Assembly: GCA_002386045.1 (NCBI GenBank)
Contig: DGEQ01000079.1
Span: forward strand, 651-49,186
Source: Hungateiclostridiaceae bacterium UBA3922
GTDB lineage: Bacteria; Bacillota; Clostridia; Acetivibrionales; DTU013
DNA: 48,536 nt
Direction: 5' to 3'
Below are positions 1 to 8,860 of the stretch, in pieces (position 1 is the first letter of the stretch; each line of letters opens with the position of its first letter). Both the position numbers and the translations under genes were made by a program. The notes beneath the pieces are model-generated. The model worked only from the letters and a program-made list of their open reading frames with translations, had not been told where the DNA came from and did no database searches.

Positions 1-1
1 G

Positions 2-1024
2 CCGGATCAGAAAAACCTGGGATTCGGCCGGTATTTTACGGATCACATGTTCATCATGGACTATAATCCCGAAAAAGGCTGGCATGATCCCCGCATAGTC
101 CCGTACGGCCCGTTGTGCCTGGAACCCTCCACAATGGTGTTCCACTACGGCCAGGCTATATTTGAAGGGCTGAAGGCTTACAAGTCTGATGACGGCAGGA
201 TATTCCTCTTCAGACCTGACATGAACATGAAAAGGATCAACATTTCCAACGACAGGATGTCGATACCTCCCATTGATGAGGAGTTCGCCGTCGAAGCAAC
301 AAAGGCACTCGTCAGTCTGGACAGGGACTGGATACCGTCTGAACCGGGAACATCGCTTTATATCAGGCCGTTTATCATTTCCACGGATCCCTTCCTCGGC
401 GTCAGGCCGTCCTATACATACAAGTTCATAATAATACTCTCCCCAAGTGGCGCGTACTATCCGACCGGCATCAATCCCGTGAAGATAATGGTCGAGAATG
501 AATACGTGCGTGCGGTAAGGGGCGGTACAGGTTTTGCAAAAACGCCCGGCAATTACGCTGCAAGCCTCAAGGCCCAGGAAATCGCATATGAGAAGGGCTA
601 TGTGCAGGTCCTCTGGCTTGACGGAGTCGAAAGGAAATACGTTGAAGAAGTCGGATCGATGAACGTATTCTTCAAGATCGGCGACGAGATCGTGACACCC
701 ATGCTCGACGGAAGCATACTCCCCGGTATCACCAGGGACTCGTGCATCCATCTGCTCAAGAATTGGGGATACAAGGTAACCGAAAGGAAGCTCGCCATAC
801 AGGAACTGTTCGACGCACATTCGGAAGGGAAACTCGATGAAGCCTTCGGAACCGGTACAGCCGCCGTTATCTCTCCCATAGGGGAACTCAACTGGAACGA
901 CAGGATCATCACGATAAACGACGGAAAGATAGGACCGGTCTCACAGAGGCTGTATGATACGATAACAGGCATACAGAACGGTACGGCCGAAGATGAGTTC
1001 GGTTGGATAACCGTGGTCGAATAA
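2..1024 (+). CDS. ilvE: Branched-chain amino acid aminotransferase, 5' end cut by the window edge
   Basis: The frame is open from base 2 (PDQKNLGFGRYFTDHMF precedes the listed ORF 47..1024). Class IV aminotransferase motifs are visible: FEGLKAY, GTGFAKTPGNY, EEVGSMNVFF, GITRDS. Confidence 0.9.
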   Translation, partial: PDQKNLGFGRYFTDHMFIMDYNPEKGWHDPRIVPYGPLCLEPSTMVFHYGQAIFEGLKAYKSDDGRIFLFRPDMNMKRINISNDRMSIPPIDEEFAVEATKALVSLDRDWIPSEPGTSLYIRPFIISTDPFLGVRPSYTYKFIIILSPSGAYYPTGINPVKIMVENEYVRAVRGGTGFAKTPGNYAASLKAQEIAYEKGYVQVLWLDGVERKYVEEVGSMNVFFKIGDEIVTPMLDGSILPGITRDSCIHLLKNWGYKVTERKLAIQELFDAHSEGKLDEAFGTGTAAVISPIGELNWNDRIITINDGKIGPVSQRLYDTITGIQNGTAEDEFGWITVVE

Positions 1025-1039
1025 ACCCGCCTGCAGGAC

Positions 1040-1094
1040 AAAGGCAGTCATCCGGCGCCGCTGCGCCGCGCGGTTGCGGCGGATGACTGCCTTT
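1040..1094 (+). terminator. Long hairpin after ilvE, likely an intrinsic terminator
   Basis: AAAGGCAGTCATCCG (1040-1054) pairs with CGGATGACTGCCTTT (1080-1094). The top of the hairpin is GC-rich and the stem is flanked by an A-run and a T-run. Confidence 0.55.
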
Positions 1095-1165
1095 TGCTGC
1101 ATCCGGTAATATTTTTCCGAACCGATAATAAAATTTCATAGTAGAACAAAAAGGCAGTTTCGCTG

Positions 1166-2461
1166 ATGGTATACCCGCTTATCATTCTGGTCCTGGCAAT
1201 CGTAGCGGCGCTTATGGCCGTTCGGCCTTCCAGGGCGATATATATCCGCCGGGGATCCTTTCCTGCGCTGTGCATCCTTTTCGCGGCATGCCTGATAATT
1301 TTTCCGGATACTGCCGCAAAAGCCGCATCAAAAGGCCTTGAGCTCTGGGCTTCCGTTGTCGTGCCGTCGCTGCTCCCTTTTTTCATAGTATCGGAACTGT
1401 TTATCGTCTCCGACCTGGCGCACAAGGCCGGAACGCTGCTGGAACCCGTCATGAGGCCGTTGTTCCGGCTGCCGGGATGTTCTTCCCTTGCCCTCGTCCT
1501 GGGTTTCGCATCAGGATACCCCGTCGGCGCAAAGGTAACGGCAGACCTCAGGAAAAGCAAGGCCCTGTCCAGGACTGAGGCAGAACGGCTGCTTGCCTTC
1601 ACGAACAACTCGGGTCCGCTGTTCATAACAGGCGCCGTGGGCACAGGCATGCTCGGTTCGCCCGCCATCGGCCGTTTCCTGTTTGTCTGCCATATCCTGG
1701 CCGGCATCACCGTCGGGCTTATTTTCAAGTTTTACAGACGTTCGGCGGGCGCATCCGCCGATGCAGCATCAGGAAAGATCCCGGCGAGAACGGATGCCGC
1801 CGGCTTTCCGGCTAATCAGCACAAGGCCGCGGAGCCGGGGAAAGATCCGGGAACACTGATCGCCGGCGCCGTCAGGAACTCTGCTTTTACGATGCTCTCA
1901 ATTGGCGGATTCATCGTACTTTTCTCCGTTGTGATCAGTTTCCTTGAAAAGACGGGGATGACCAGGATGGCAGCATCGGCGGCCATGCGGCTGATCCCGG
2001 GAGACATGCCGGCACGGGACATGGAAGGCATCGTATCGGGAGTTTTGAACGGGCTGCTTGAGATAACCAACGGGACAGGGGCTGTCAGCAGGTGCGCCAA
2101 TGTCCCGCTCTATATAAAACTGCCGGCCATTAGCTTTATCATAGGGTGGGCGGGCTTATCTGTCCACCTGCAGGTAAGGGGCATCATTTCCGGGACGGAC
2201 CTCGATATCAGGCCATACCTTGCAGGAAAGTTCCTCCAGGGTATCACGGGCGCCCTTTATACCTGGGCAGGCATGAAACTGCTCCCTCCCGGGAACATGG
2301 TCACGCAGCCGGCCCTTGGGCTGCCGGTATCCGATCTGCACGTTTTTTTCCAGACGCTTGGGCGTTCGGTATCGATGCTTGCCGTGGTCATATCAGTGTG
2401 GGCAGGTATCGCATCACTGGCCAGTCTGCTGAAAAGGGCAAAAAAAAAGAGCCCTATCTGA
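1166..2461 (+). CDS. ylbJ: Sporulation integral membrane protein YlbJ-like (nucleoside-recognition/Gate-type membrane protein)
   Basis: 431-aa polytopic membrane protein. It sits next to coaD and rsmD as ylbJ-ylbI-ylbH do in Bacillus. The Shine-Dalgarno motif is weak, so the start is uncertain. Confidence 0.7.
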   Translation: MVYPLIILVLAIVAALMAVRPSRAIYIRRGSFPALCILFAACLIIFPDTAAKAASKGLELWASVVVPSLLPFFIVSELFIVSDLAHKAGTLLEPVMRPLFRLPGCSSLALVLGFASGYPVGAKVTADLRKSKALSRTEAERLLAFTNNSGPLFITGAVGTGMLGSPAIGRFLFVCHILAGITVGLIFKFYRRSAGASADAASGKIPARTDAAGFPANQHKAAEPGKDPGTLIAGAVRNSAFTMLSIGGFIVLFSVVISFLEKTGMTRMAASAAMRLIPGDMPARDMEGIVSGVLNGLLEITNGTGAVSRCANVPLYIKLPAISFIIGWAGLSVHLQVRGIISGTDLDIRPYLAGKFLQGITGALYTWAGMKLLPPGNMVTQPALGLPVSDLHVFFQTLGRSVSMLAVVISVWAGIASLASLLKRAKKKSPI

Positions 2462-2891
2462 GCTCTTCCCTGTTCGCCTTGATGACGGCAAGCGTGTCAG
2501 TCAGTATCTCTTCCACTTTATTTAATATATTGTCGGCATATTCCTTCGTGCCCAGCCTGATCTCGCGGGCATTCTTCTGCGCTGCCGCAACGATCTCGTT
2601 GGCCTGTTCGTAAGCCTTCCTGGTTATCTCGTGTTCATTGACCATGGACGCGATCTTTCCTTCGGCTTCCTTGATCATATTGTTGGCTTCTTTCTGGGCA
2701 TCCAGCAGGATCCGCTGCCGTTCTTCCTTTACCCACTTCGCCTGTTTGATGTCGTCAGGAAGCTTCAGCCTGAGTTCCTTTACGATTTCGAGTATCTCTT
2801 CCTTATCTACGAGACATTTACCTGTTAAAGGGACAGTGACGCTTTTTTCGACCAGGTCTTCCAGTGTCTCAAGTATCGAGAGAATTTCCAT
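2454..2891 (-). CDS. Hypothetical K/E-rich coiled-coil protein
   Basis: ATG at 2891 is preceded by GGAGG (about 2900-2904). The ORF-track extension to 2978 would run into coaD. The sequence starts MEILSILETLEDLVEKS and is strongly helical and charged. Its 3' end overlaps the convergent ylbJ stop by 8 nt. Confidence 0.65.
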   Translation of the reverse strand: MEILSILETLEDLVEKSVTVPLTGKCLVDKEEILEIVKELRLKLPDDIKQAKWVKEERQRILLDAQKEANNMIKEAEGKIASMVNEHEITRKAYEQANEIVAAAQKNAREIRLGTKEYADNILNKVEEILTDTLAVIKANREELR

Positions 2892-2911
2892 GGTTTTAAC
2901 CTCCCAATGAT

Positions 2912-3391
2912 CTATCTGCAGGTCAGCTTTCTCGCTATCCTTTCCCTGATGCAGTCGGGCACCAGCCCATCGATGCATCCGCCGTTCCTCGCTATTTCCT
3001 TGACGGCGCTCGAACTCAGGAAAGAATACTGCACGCTTGTCATCATGAACAGCGTTTCCAGTTCCGGCTCAAGTTTTTTGTTGAGCAGGGCCATCTGGAA
3101 CTCGTATTCAAAATCGGACATGGCCCTGAGACCCTTGATGACTGCGCGGGCCCCGACCTTTTTGGCAAAATCGGCAAGCAGTCCCGTGAAGCTTGTTACC
3201 TCGATATCTTCCCTGTCGCCTATCGATGCCCTGATCATTTCGACCCTTTCCTCCACCGTGAACGCAGGCCTTTTGCTTTCGTTGTTGCCTACCGCAACGA
3301 TAAGCTTGTCGCAGATGCATGCCGCTCTCACTATTATATCGAGATGTCCGTTCGTTATCGGGTCAAAACTCCCCGGGTACACGAGTGTCAT
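2912..3391 (-). CDS. coaD: Phosphopantetheine adenylyltransferase
   Basis: N-terminus [17 protein letters not shown] (nucleotidyltransferase HxGH motif), 159 aa. The ATGA start overlaps the rsmD stop. Confidence 0.95.
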   Translation of the reverse strand: MTLVYPGSFDPITNGHLDIIVRAACICDKLIVAVGNNESKRPAFTVEERVEMIRASIGDREDIEVTSFTGLLADFAKKVGARAVIKGLRAMSDFEYEFQMALLNKKLEPELETLFMMTSVQYSFLSSSAVKEIARNGGCIDGLVPDCIRERIARKLTCR

Positions 3392-3951
3392 AAGCCGTCA
3401 TTACCGTCCTTGTATATAGTGATCATCGTATCGCCGTATGTTCTCCTGTCGACCGCCCTGAACCTGTCGCAGGCGTCGGGCACGTCGTCCGAAGCACCGT
3501 GTTCGGCGATTATCATCCCATCGTCCATCATTATATCATTATTTGTCAATAGTTTTAATGCTTCCTGCACAAAATTTTTACGATATGGCGGATCCATCAT
3601 TATTATGTCAAATTTACGCCGCTCCCTGCACATTTTCAGGATGGCGTCGGAATAATCCATCGCATACACTTCGGCCTTGCCGGCAAGCCTGGTGTGTGCC
3701 AGGTTTTCCCTTATTATCCTGCAGCAAACAGGACTCAGGTCGATGAATACCGCTCGGACGGCTCCCCTGCTGAGCGCCTCGATGCCAAGGCCGCCCGAAC
3801 CGGCAAAAAGGTCCAGCACGTGGCTGCCTGCCACTCTTGACGATATGATGTTGAAAAGCGCTTCCTTCACCATTCCCGAGGTTGGCCTCGTGGCCATTCC
3901 CTTCAGCGTTTTGAGTCTGTGTCCTTTCGCCGAGCCTGATATTACCCTCAA
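3388..3951 (-). CDS. rsmD: 16S rRNA (guanine966-N2)-methyltransferase RsmD
   Basis: [21 protein letters not shown] and the SAM motif [19 protein letters not shown], plus DPPY. I prefer the TTG start at 3951, which lies 7 nt after GGAAGGAGG. The track start at 3984 is a GTG with no Shine-Dalgarno motif. Confidence 0.9.
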   Translation of the reverse strand: MRVISGSAKGHRLKTLKGMATRPTSGMVKEALFNIISSRVAGSHVLDLFAGSGGLGIEALSRGAVRAVFIDLSPVCCRIIRENLAHTRLAGKAEVYAMDYSDAILKMCRERRKFDIIMMDPPYRKNFVQEALKLLTNNDIMMDDGMIIAEHGASDDVPDACDRFRAVDRRTYGDTMITIYKDGNDGL

Positions 3952-3989
3952 AAAACAACCTCCTTCCTGTGTGAGGTTTTGCACGGGCT

Positions 3990-6065
3990 TCAGTTCATGG
4001 TTATCGTTTTCATCACCCTGCTGTACCTGTCGCGGACAACCTGCCCAAGCAGCCGGTTTTCCGGGGTTTCAAGCAGCCGGTCATTGCTGATGATGATCTC
4101 CGCCGCTTCCTGTGCTTTTTTCAGTATATCCATATCCCTGTACAGGTTTGCGATTTTAAGATCCGGTATCCCGTGCTGCCTCGTTCCGAAGAAATCACCC
4201 GGTCCTCTCAGTTCCAGGTCCTTCTCCGATATCACGAAGCCGTCATGGGTCTCCGTCATGACCTTCATCCTTTCACTGGCTATTTCGGACCTGCTGTCGT
4301 TGAACAGGATGCAGTATGACTGGTGAGAGCCCCTTCCGACCCTGCCCCTCAGCTGGTGCAGCTGCGAAAGCCCGAATCTTTCGGCATTTTCGATGACCAT
4401 CAGCGTCGCGTTGGGCACGTTGACGCCGACCTCGATCACGGTGGTCGAAACCAGGATATCCGTTTCCCCCGATATGAAGCTCTTCATCACTTCATCCTTC
4501 TCGGCAGGCTTCATCCTGCCGTGGATCAGCCCGACCCTAAGATCGCTGAATGTTTTGGTGGCGAGCCGGAAGGCCAGTTCGGATGCCGAGACCGCGTCGA
4601 CGGTTTCGGATTCCTCCACCAGCGGACAGACTATGTAGACCTGCCGGCCTTCCTTCACCTGCTTTCTTATGAAATTGTAGACCCTTTCACGCATCGACGA
4701 GTCCACGGCGTATGTAAGCACCTTTTTCCTGCCGGGAGGCAGTTCGTCGATTATCGATATATCCAGGTCCCCGTACAGAATCAGGGCAAGGGTCCTTGGT
4801 ATCGGTGTGGCCGTCATGACCAGCATGTCGGGGCTCGTGCCCTTCCTTCCGAGAGCAGCCCGCTGCCTGACACCGAACCTGTGCTGTTCATCGGTGATGA
4901 CGAGGCCAAGGTTATCGAAGACGACCCTCTCCTCGATCAGGGCGTGGGTGCCTACGGCGATATCGATCTCTCCTGATGCGAGGCCTTCCAGGATCCTCCT
5001 TGATTCCTTCGCCCCGACGCTGCCTGTCAGGAGTGCTACATTGACGCCGAGCGGCTCCAGCAGTTCCCTCAGCGATGAATAGTGCTGGGCGGCGAGTATT
5101 TCCGTGGGGACCATGAAAGCTCCCTGGTACCCGCTTTTTACAGCCTTGACGAGAGCAGCCGTTGCGACTATGGTCTTTCCAGACCCCACATCGCCCTGTA
5201 CCAGCCGGTTCATCACCCTGCTGCTTTCCATATCGCGTTCGATCTCCTCCAGCACCCTGAGCTGGGCGTTGGTCAGCCTGAACGGCAATCCTTCGACGAA
5301 GCTCCGGACTTCTTCCCGCGCGCCGAACGTAATCCCCGGGACGGCATTTTCGTGCGCGTTCCTGACCGACATCAGGGCCAGTTGGAGTACCAGCAGTTCT
5401 TCAAAAACGAGCCGCTCGCGGGCTTTAAGAAAAGCATCGTCGCTTTCGGGAAAGTGGATGTTGTTGATCGAATACAGTGCGCCGGCCAGGTCATACCGTT
5501 CCCTTACCCACGCCGGCATTATGTCCTCGATGCAGTTCCCGGCATAGCCAAGAGCATTTCGTATAACGGTACGGATGACATTCTGGGTCAGCTTCCCTGT
5601 CGACGGGTAGATCGGGATTATCCTGCACGTATTCACCGGACCGGTTTCATCAACTTTTTCGTATACCGGGTTCAGGACCTCGAATGTCCCTCTCCTTGTC
5701 ACCTTCCCGAAGAATATGTATTTTTCGCCCGGCTTGAGCTGATCCTTGAGATACGGCTTGTTGAACCACACGGCGTTCACCAGGCCCGTATCGTCCCTGA
5801 TGCTTACCTTGCTTATGCTCAGGCCTTTTCTCGGTCTCGAGACGATGACCCTCGACGCGATGATCCCCTCAAACGAGCATTGGTCGCCATCCTGCAGCTG
5901 GATTATCTTTTTCAGCATGCTGCGGTCTTCATAATTCCTCGGGTAATGGGAGATCACATCGCCGACGGTATGTATGCCAAGCTTCCTGAAAAGCGCAGCC
6001 CTCGCTTCGCCGACGCCTTTCAGGTACTGAAGCGGTTTGTCCAGCAGTTCCGGGCCTTTTTGCAT
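3990..6065 (-). CDS. recG: ATP-dependent DNA helicase RecG
   Basis: 691 aa with a wedge/OB N-terminal domain and SF2 helicase motifs GDVGSGKT, DEQHRFGV, MTATPIPRT, QLHQLRGRVGRG. GGAG precedes the ATG at 6065. Confidence 0.95.
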   Translation of the reverse strand: MQKGPELLDKPLQYLKGVGEARAALFRKLGIHTVGDVISHYPRNYEDRSMLKKIIQLQDGDQCSFEGIIASRVIVSRPRKGLSISKVSIRDDTGLVNAVWFNKPYLKDQLKPGEKYIFFGKVTRRGTFEVLNPVYEKVDETGPVNTCRIIPIYPSTGKLTQNVIRTVIRNALGYAGNCIEDIMPAWVRERYDLAGALYSINNIHFPESDDAFLKARERLVFEELLVLQLALMSVRNAHENAVPGITFGAREEVRSFVEGLPFRLTNAQLRVLEEIERDMESSRVMNRLVQGDVGSGKTIVATAALVKAVKSGYQGAFMVPTEILAAQHYSSLRELLEPLGVNVALLTGSVGAKESRRILEGLASGEIDIAVGTHALIEERVVFDNLGLVITDEQHRFGVRQRAALGRKGTSPDMLVMTATPIPRTLALILYGDLDISIIDELPPGRKKVLTYAVDSSMRERVYNFIRKQVKEGRQVYIVCPLVEESETVDAVSASELAFRLATKTFSDLRVGLIHGRMKPAEKDEVMKSFISGETDILVSTTVIEVGVNVPNATLMVIENAERFGLSQLHQLRGRVGRGSHQSYCILFNDSRSEIASERMKVMTETHDGFVISEKDLELRGPGDFFGTRQHGIPDLKIANLYRDMDILKKAQEAAEIIISNDRLLETPENRLLGQVVRDRYSRVMKTITMN

Positions 6066-6560
6066 CGTTCATCTCCAGTTGGCAGAATAGTCATATATTT
6101 AATTCTAATATATCATGTCCTTATTTTCCACACCGTATTGCAGGTTCCTGCCCCGGTACGGCCTGGCAGGCAGTTTCCAGCAACGGTATGATACTCGTTA
6201 CAGCCGTCCGGGCAATTCCGATAACTACAGGCGCAGGGATGGCCGGCCATGCATTTTGGGGATGCTTCGTTAACAGCTACTGGCCGGCTCATTTGCTCCA
6301 ATGAGGGCGCAGGTCACTCGCCGTCCATGGCTCGGGACCAGCGCCGCCAGCATCCATGCTGCCGGTTGTGGTTCCTGTGGCCTCATTCGAGCGGCATGAC
6401 CCGGCCGAATCTGTAGAACTCGCATCCCATCAATGCCTGACCGGCTGTCCCTGCGACCGTTGTCCCCTGGATTGCCTGGCCGGATTGACTGTCAAGCTTA
6501 TGCGGGACATCGGAACGGGATGGGACTGCAACAATGCATGCATTTCGGTGTAAAAAGCAC

Positions 6561-6590
6561 TTGCAGTACCCGGAACTGTTGTGTTAAAAT
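6561..6590 (+). promoter_or_regulatory. Sigma-A-type promoter for rpmB
   Basis: TTGCAG (6561-6566), an 18-nt spacer, then TG-n-TAAAAT (extended -10, 6585-6590), about 50 nt upstream of the rpmB ATG. Confidence 0.5.
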
Positions 6591-6641
6591 AGTTATGCTT
6601 TTTGCGATCATAAGCTCCGGCTTTAGGGAGGTGGATTATAG

Positions 6642-6830
6642 ATGGCAAGATGTGTGATATGCGATAAAGGTACCGTATTCGGTCATAATGTGAGTCACTC
6701 CGTGAGAAGGACCAACAGGTCCTGGAAGCCCAACATAAGAAAAGTCAGGGTCATAGAAAACGGCACACCCAGGACCATCACTGTCTGCTCCAGATGCCTG
6801 CGTTCCAACAGAGTAACGAGAGCCATCTGA
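6642..6830 (+). CDS. rpmB: 50S ribosomal protein L28, Zn-ribbon (C+) form
   Basis: MARCVICDKGTVFGHNVSHSVRRTNRSWKPNIRKVRV...CSRCLRS, 62 aa. GGGAGGTGG lies upstream of the ATG. Confidence 0.95.
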   Translation: MARCVICDKGTVFGHNVSHSVRRTNRSWKPNIRKVRVIENGTPRTITVCSRCLRSNRVTRAI

Positions 6831-6872
6831 GCAGTCATGGCACAGCTTGTAATGATTATGAGCATATATCGA

Positions 6873-6910
6873 AGCGACATAAAGGCCTTGTCAAACGCGT
6901 TTATGTCGCT
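6873..6910. terminator. Bidirectional intrinsic terminator shared by convergent rpmB and spoVM
   Basis: A perfect 11-bp stem, AGCGACATAAA (6873-6883) with TTTATGTCGCT (6900-6910), and a 16-nt loop. It is followed by TTGATTTTA on the plus strand. Confidence 0.65.
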
Positions 6911-6925
6911 TTGATTTTACGCATT

Positions 6926-6997
6926 TCAGTTCATCCTGAGCACTTTTCTGATCAGATTGCCGAAAAACCTGGGCAGCTTTACGACCATTATCCTCAT
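6926..6997 (-). CDS. spoVM: Stage V sporulation protein M (23-aa amphipathic peptide), absent from the ORF track
   Basis: Manual translation gives MRIMVVKLPRFFGNLIRKVLRMN. GGAGG (7006-7010) lies 8 nt upstream of the ATG. It resembles B. subtilis SpoVM (MKFYTIKLPKFLGGIVRAMLGSFRKD). It is convergent with rpmB, which matches the Bacillus arrangement as I recall it. Confidence 0.75.
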   Translation of the reverse strand: MRIMVVKLPRFFGNLIRKVLRMN

Positions 6998-7101
6998 AAA
7001 CGTTTCCTCCCCGAAAGGTCTGTTAGTATCACAATACTCCGGAACCGGCATTTTGTGCATGTCCGCAGACCTTCGTTCTGACGGGAAGCCGTCGTCGGGG
7101 A

Positions 7102-8847
7102 TCAGTGCCTCGACTCATAGAGCCTGTTGGCTGCAACGACACAGTTGCGCCCTGCCGCCTTTGCCTCGTACAGCGCGTCGTCCGCGGTACGCACGAGATC
7201 GTTTTCGGTCAGCGCGCATTCATCATATGATGATATCCCGAAACTTGCAGTCACCGATACGCTGATGAGATTGTCCTCTATAACGTGTTCGGATATGAGT
7301 TTCCTGAGTGTCTCCACCTTTTCGAAGGCTTCATCCAGGCTGGTCTGCGGAAGCAGTATGGTGAATTCCTCTCCTCCGAACCTGGCAAGCACGTCGTTTT
7401 TCCTCAGCGTGGATGCGACCACCTCGGCAACCGATTTCAGTACCTTGTCGCCGAAAAGGTGACCGTACATATCATTGAATTTCTTGAAATGGTCGATGTC
7501 ATACATTACAAGCGACAGCGGCCAGCCATTTTTCTGGGCTTCCTTGAACTCCGCCTGGAGTCTTTCCTGGAAATACTGTCGGTTGTAGATCCCCGTCAGT
7601 CCGTCTTTGCGGGCCATTTCCTTCATCTTCAGGTAGAGTTCTGCGTTTTCCATCACGATACCTACCTGCTGCGCGATTATCCTGAGAAATCTTATGTTTT
7701 CATTGTCGAATGCGTTGTTCATCGTATGTTCGACCAGTATCAGCCCGAATTTCCTGGAACTCGTCGTCAGCGGTATGCACATCAGGGAGTTTATGTTCCT
7801 GCCGCACGTGAAAAGGTATTGATAGTAGTCGACGTTGTTTTCGAGCAGGCATTCGCCTTTCTCCAGGACATCCTGGAGGATGCTGCAGTTGATATTGTCC
7901 GTCATCGTTGCGAGCTCATTGGGATCCATGACATTTGTCGTATGTACTTTCAGCCGCCCGGATTCCTCATCGTGCAATATGATGGTGGAATAACTGCCTC
8001 CGACGACGCCGAGTATTATGTCGTTGAGGCGTTTCAGAAGTTCTTTCGTGTCAAGGATCGAACCGATGGCCTGGCTGATCTGGTTCAGCGTGTAAAATTC
8101 GGCAATGCTTTTTGAAAGGGATTTGTTCGACTCTTCGAGTTTGCCCGAATTGGTTATGAGGCTGCTGTATTTCCGGATGATTTCGTCCATTTCGCTTTTG
8201 AGCATCTCGTAACGCTCATTGAACTGTTCGGTGACATACGTGGCCTGGAATTCCTCCTCGATCCTGTTCCTGTACAGTTCGCCGAAAAAATACACGATTA
8301 TGAAGGAAATTATATACAGGCCGGCTGCCATGCCGACGGTCCTCCTGACATCGGCAGAGATCCCGCCTCCGGCTTCCGTCATCCTCCGTATCTTGCCGTA
8401 CAGCAGGGATATATGTATGATTGCCGACGTCAACGCCACGCAATACCCGTATTTGGGGCCTTTGATATATGTAGTCACGCACATCGGCAGCAGGTAGCCT
8501 ATATAAAACCACACGCCTATGCCTGAATATATGGCTATCGCGGATATAACGGAACTGAACAGTATTTTTTCGGCGCAGTATGCCGGCGCGTTATTGAGCA
8601 GGAAACCACGAAGCAATTTATACCTGAGCAGCATCACGCCAAACATGAGAAGGCATACTGCCGCACTGAGTACCATCCGTGTCCCCTGGCCGGGATCTGA
8701 CGCGAAATCCACGCTTTTCAGGAACAGGTTGTCAATGAAATAAATGACAGCTGAAGCAGCAAGGAAAACCACGGACGTCTTCAGGTAGATAAGTTCATAT
8801 GCTTCGTATTTATCCAGGTTTGCGCCTTTGATACGATCCAGTTGCAA
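7102..8847 (-). CDS. Membrane-anchored GAF-GGDEF diguanylate cyclase
   Basis: The N-terminus has multiple TM helices, followed by a central GAF-like region. The C-terminus reads GLTGIYNRQYF...DIDHFKKFND...RKNDVLARFGGEEF, with the active-site GGEEF and an RxxD I-site 5 residues upstream. The start is a TTG after a G-run, so the exact start is uncertain. Confidence 0.9.
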   Translation of the reverse strand: MQLDRIKGANLDKYEAYELIYLKTSVVFLAASAVIYFIDNLFLKSVDFASDPGQGTRMVLSAAVCLLMFGVMLLRYKLLRGFLLNNAPAYCAEKILFSSVISAIAIYSGIGVWFYIGYLLPMCVTTYIKGPKYGYCVALTSAIIHISLLYGKIRRMTEAGGGISADVRRTVGMAAGLYIISFIIVYFFGELYRNRIEEEFQATYVTEQFNERYEMLKSEMDEIIRKYSSLITNSGKLEESNKSLSKSIAEFYTLNQISQAIGSILDTKELLKRLNDIILGVVGGSYSTIILHDEESGRLKVHTTNVMDPNELATMTDNINCSILQDVLEKGECLLENNVDYYQYLFTCGRNINSLMCIPLTTSSRKFGLILVEHTMNNAFDNENIRFLRIIAQQVGIVMENAELYLKMKEMARKDGLTGIYNRQYFQERLQAEFKEAQKNGWPLSLVMYDIDHFKKFNDMYGHLFGDKVLKSVAEVVASTLRKNDVLARFGGEEFTILLPQTSLDEAFEKVETLRKLISEHVIEDNLISVSVTASFGISSYDECALTENDLVRTADDALYEAKAAGRNCVVAANRLYESRH

Positions 8848-8860
8848 TTCCCCCCCAGTA

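Noticed and set aside
5082-6191. Long ORFs antisense to well-supported genes. Examples are 5082..6191 (369 aa, opposite recG), 35216..36391 (391 aa, opposite ackA), 24289..25239, 26027..26797, 7285..8115, 14929..15693, 20099..20842 and 16017..16787.
   Set aside because: Each lies entirely within and opposite a gene with unmistakable family motifs. They have no Shine-Dalgarno motif and show Arg/Pro/His/Ser-rich or otherwise non-protein-like composition. They are typical shadow ORFs.
6113-6553. Cys-rich small ORFs in the recG-rpmB spacer (6113..6301 minus, 6356..6553 plus), considered as RiPP or SCIFF-type precursor peptides.
   Set aside because: They have no usable ribosome-binding site (a TTG start, or an ATG with a 3-nt spacer). 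No radical-SAM or other maturase gene lies adjacent. Cys richness appears on both strands at once, which is what GCA/TGC-rich palindromic DNA produces by chance.
6100-6560. Identity of the GC-rich block with a known large RNA: RNase P RNA, tmRNA, SRP RNA, cobalamin riboswitch, c-di-AMP riboswitch or group II intron domain V.
   Set aside because: The hallmark motifs I can recall are absent on both strands: GAGGAAAGTCC and ACAGAA for RNase P, the tRNA-like end for tmRNA, the GGGAA plus GCCACTG B12 box, and the ACGGGGA repeats. This is a memory-based check only, so the region remains an open finding.
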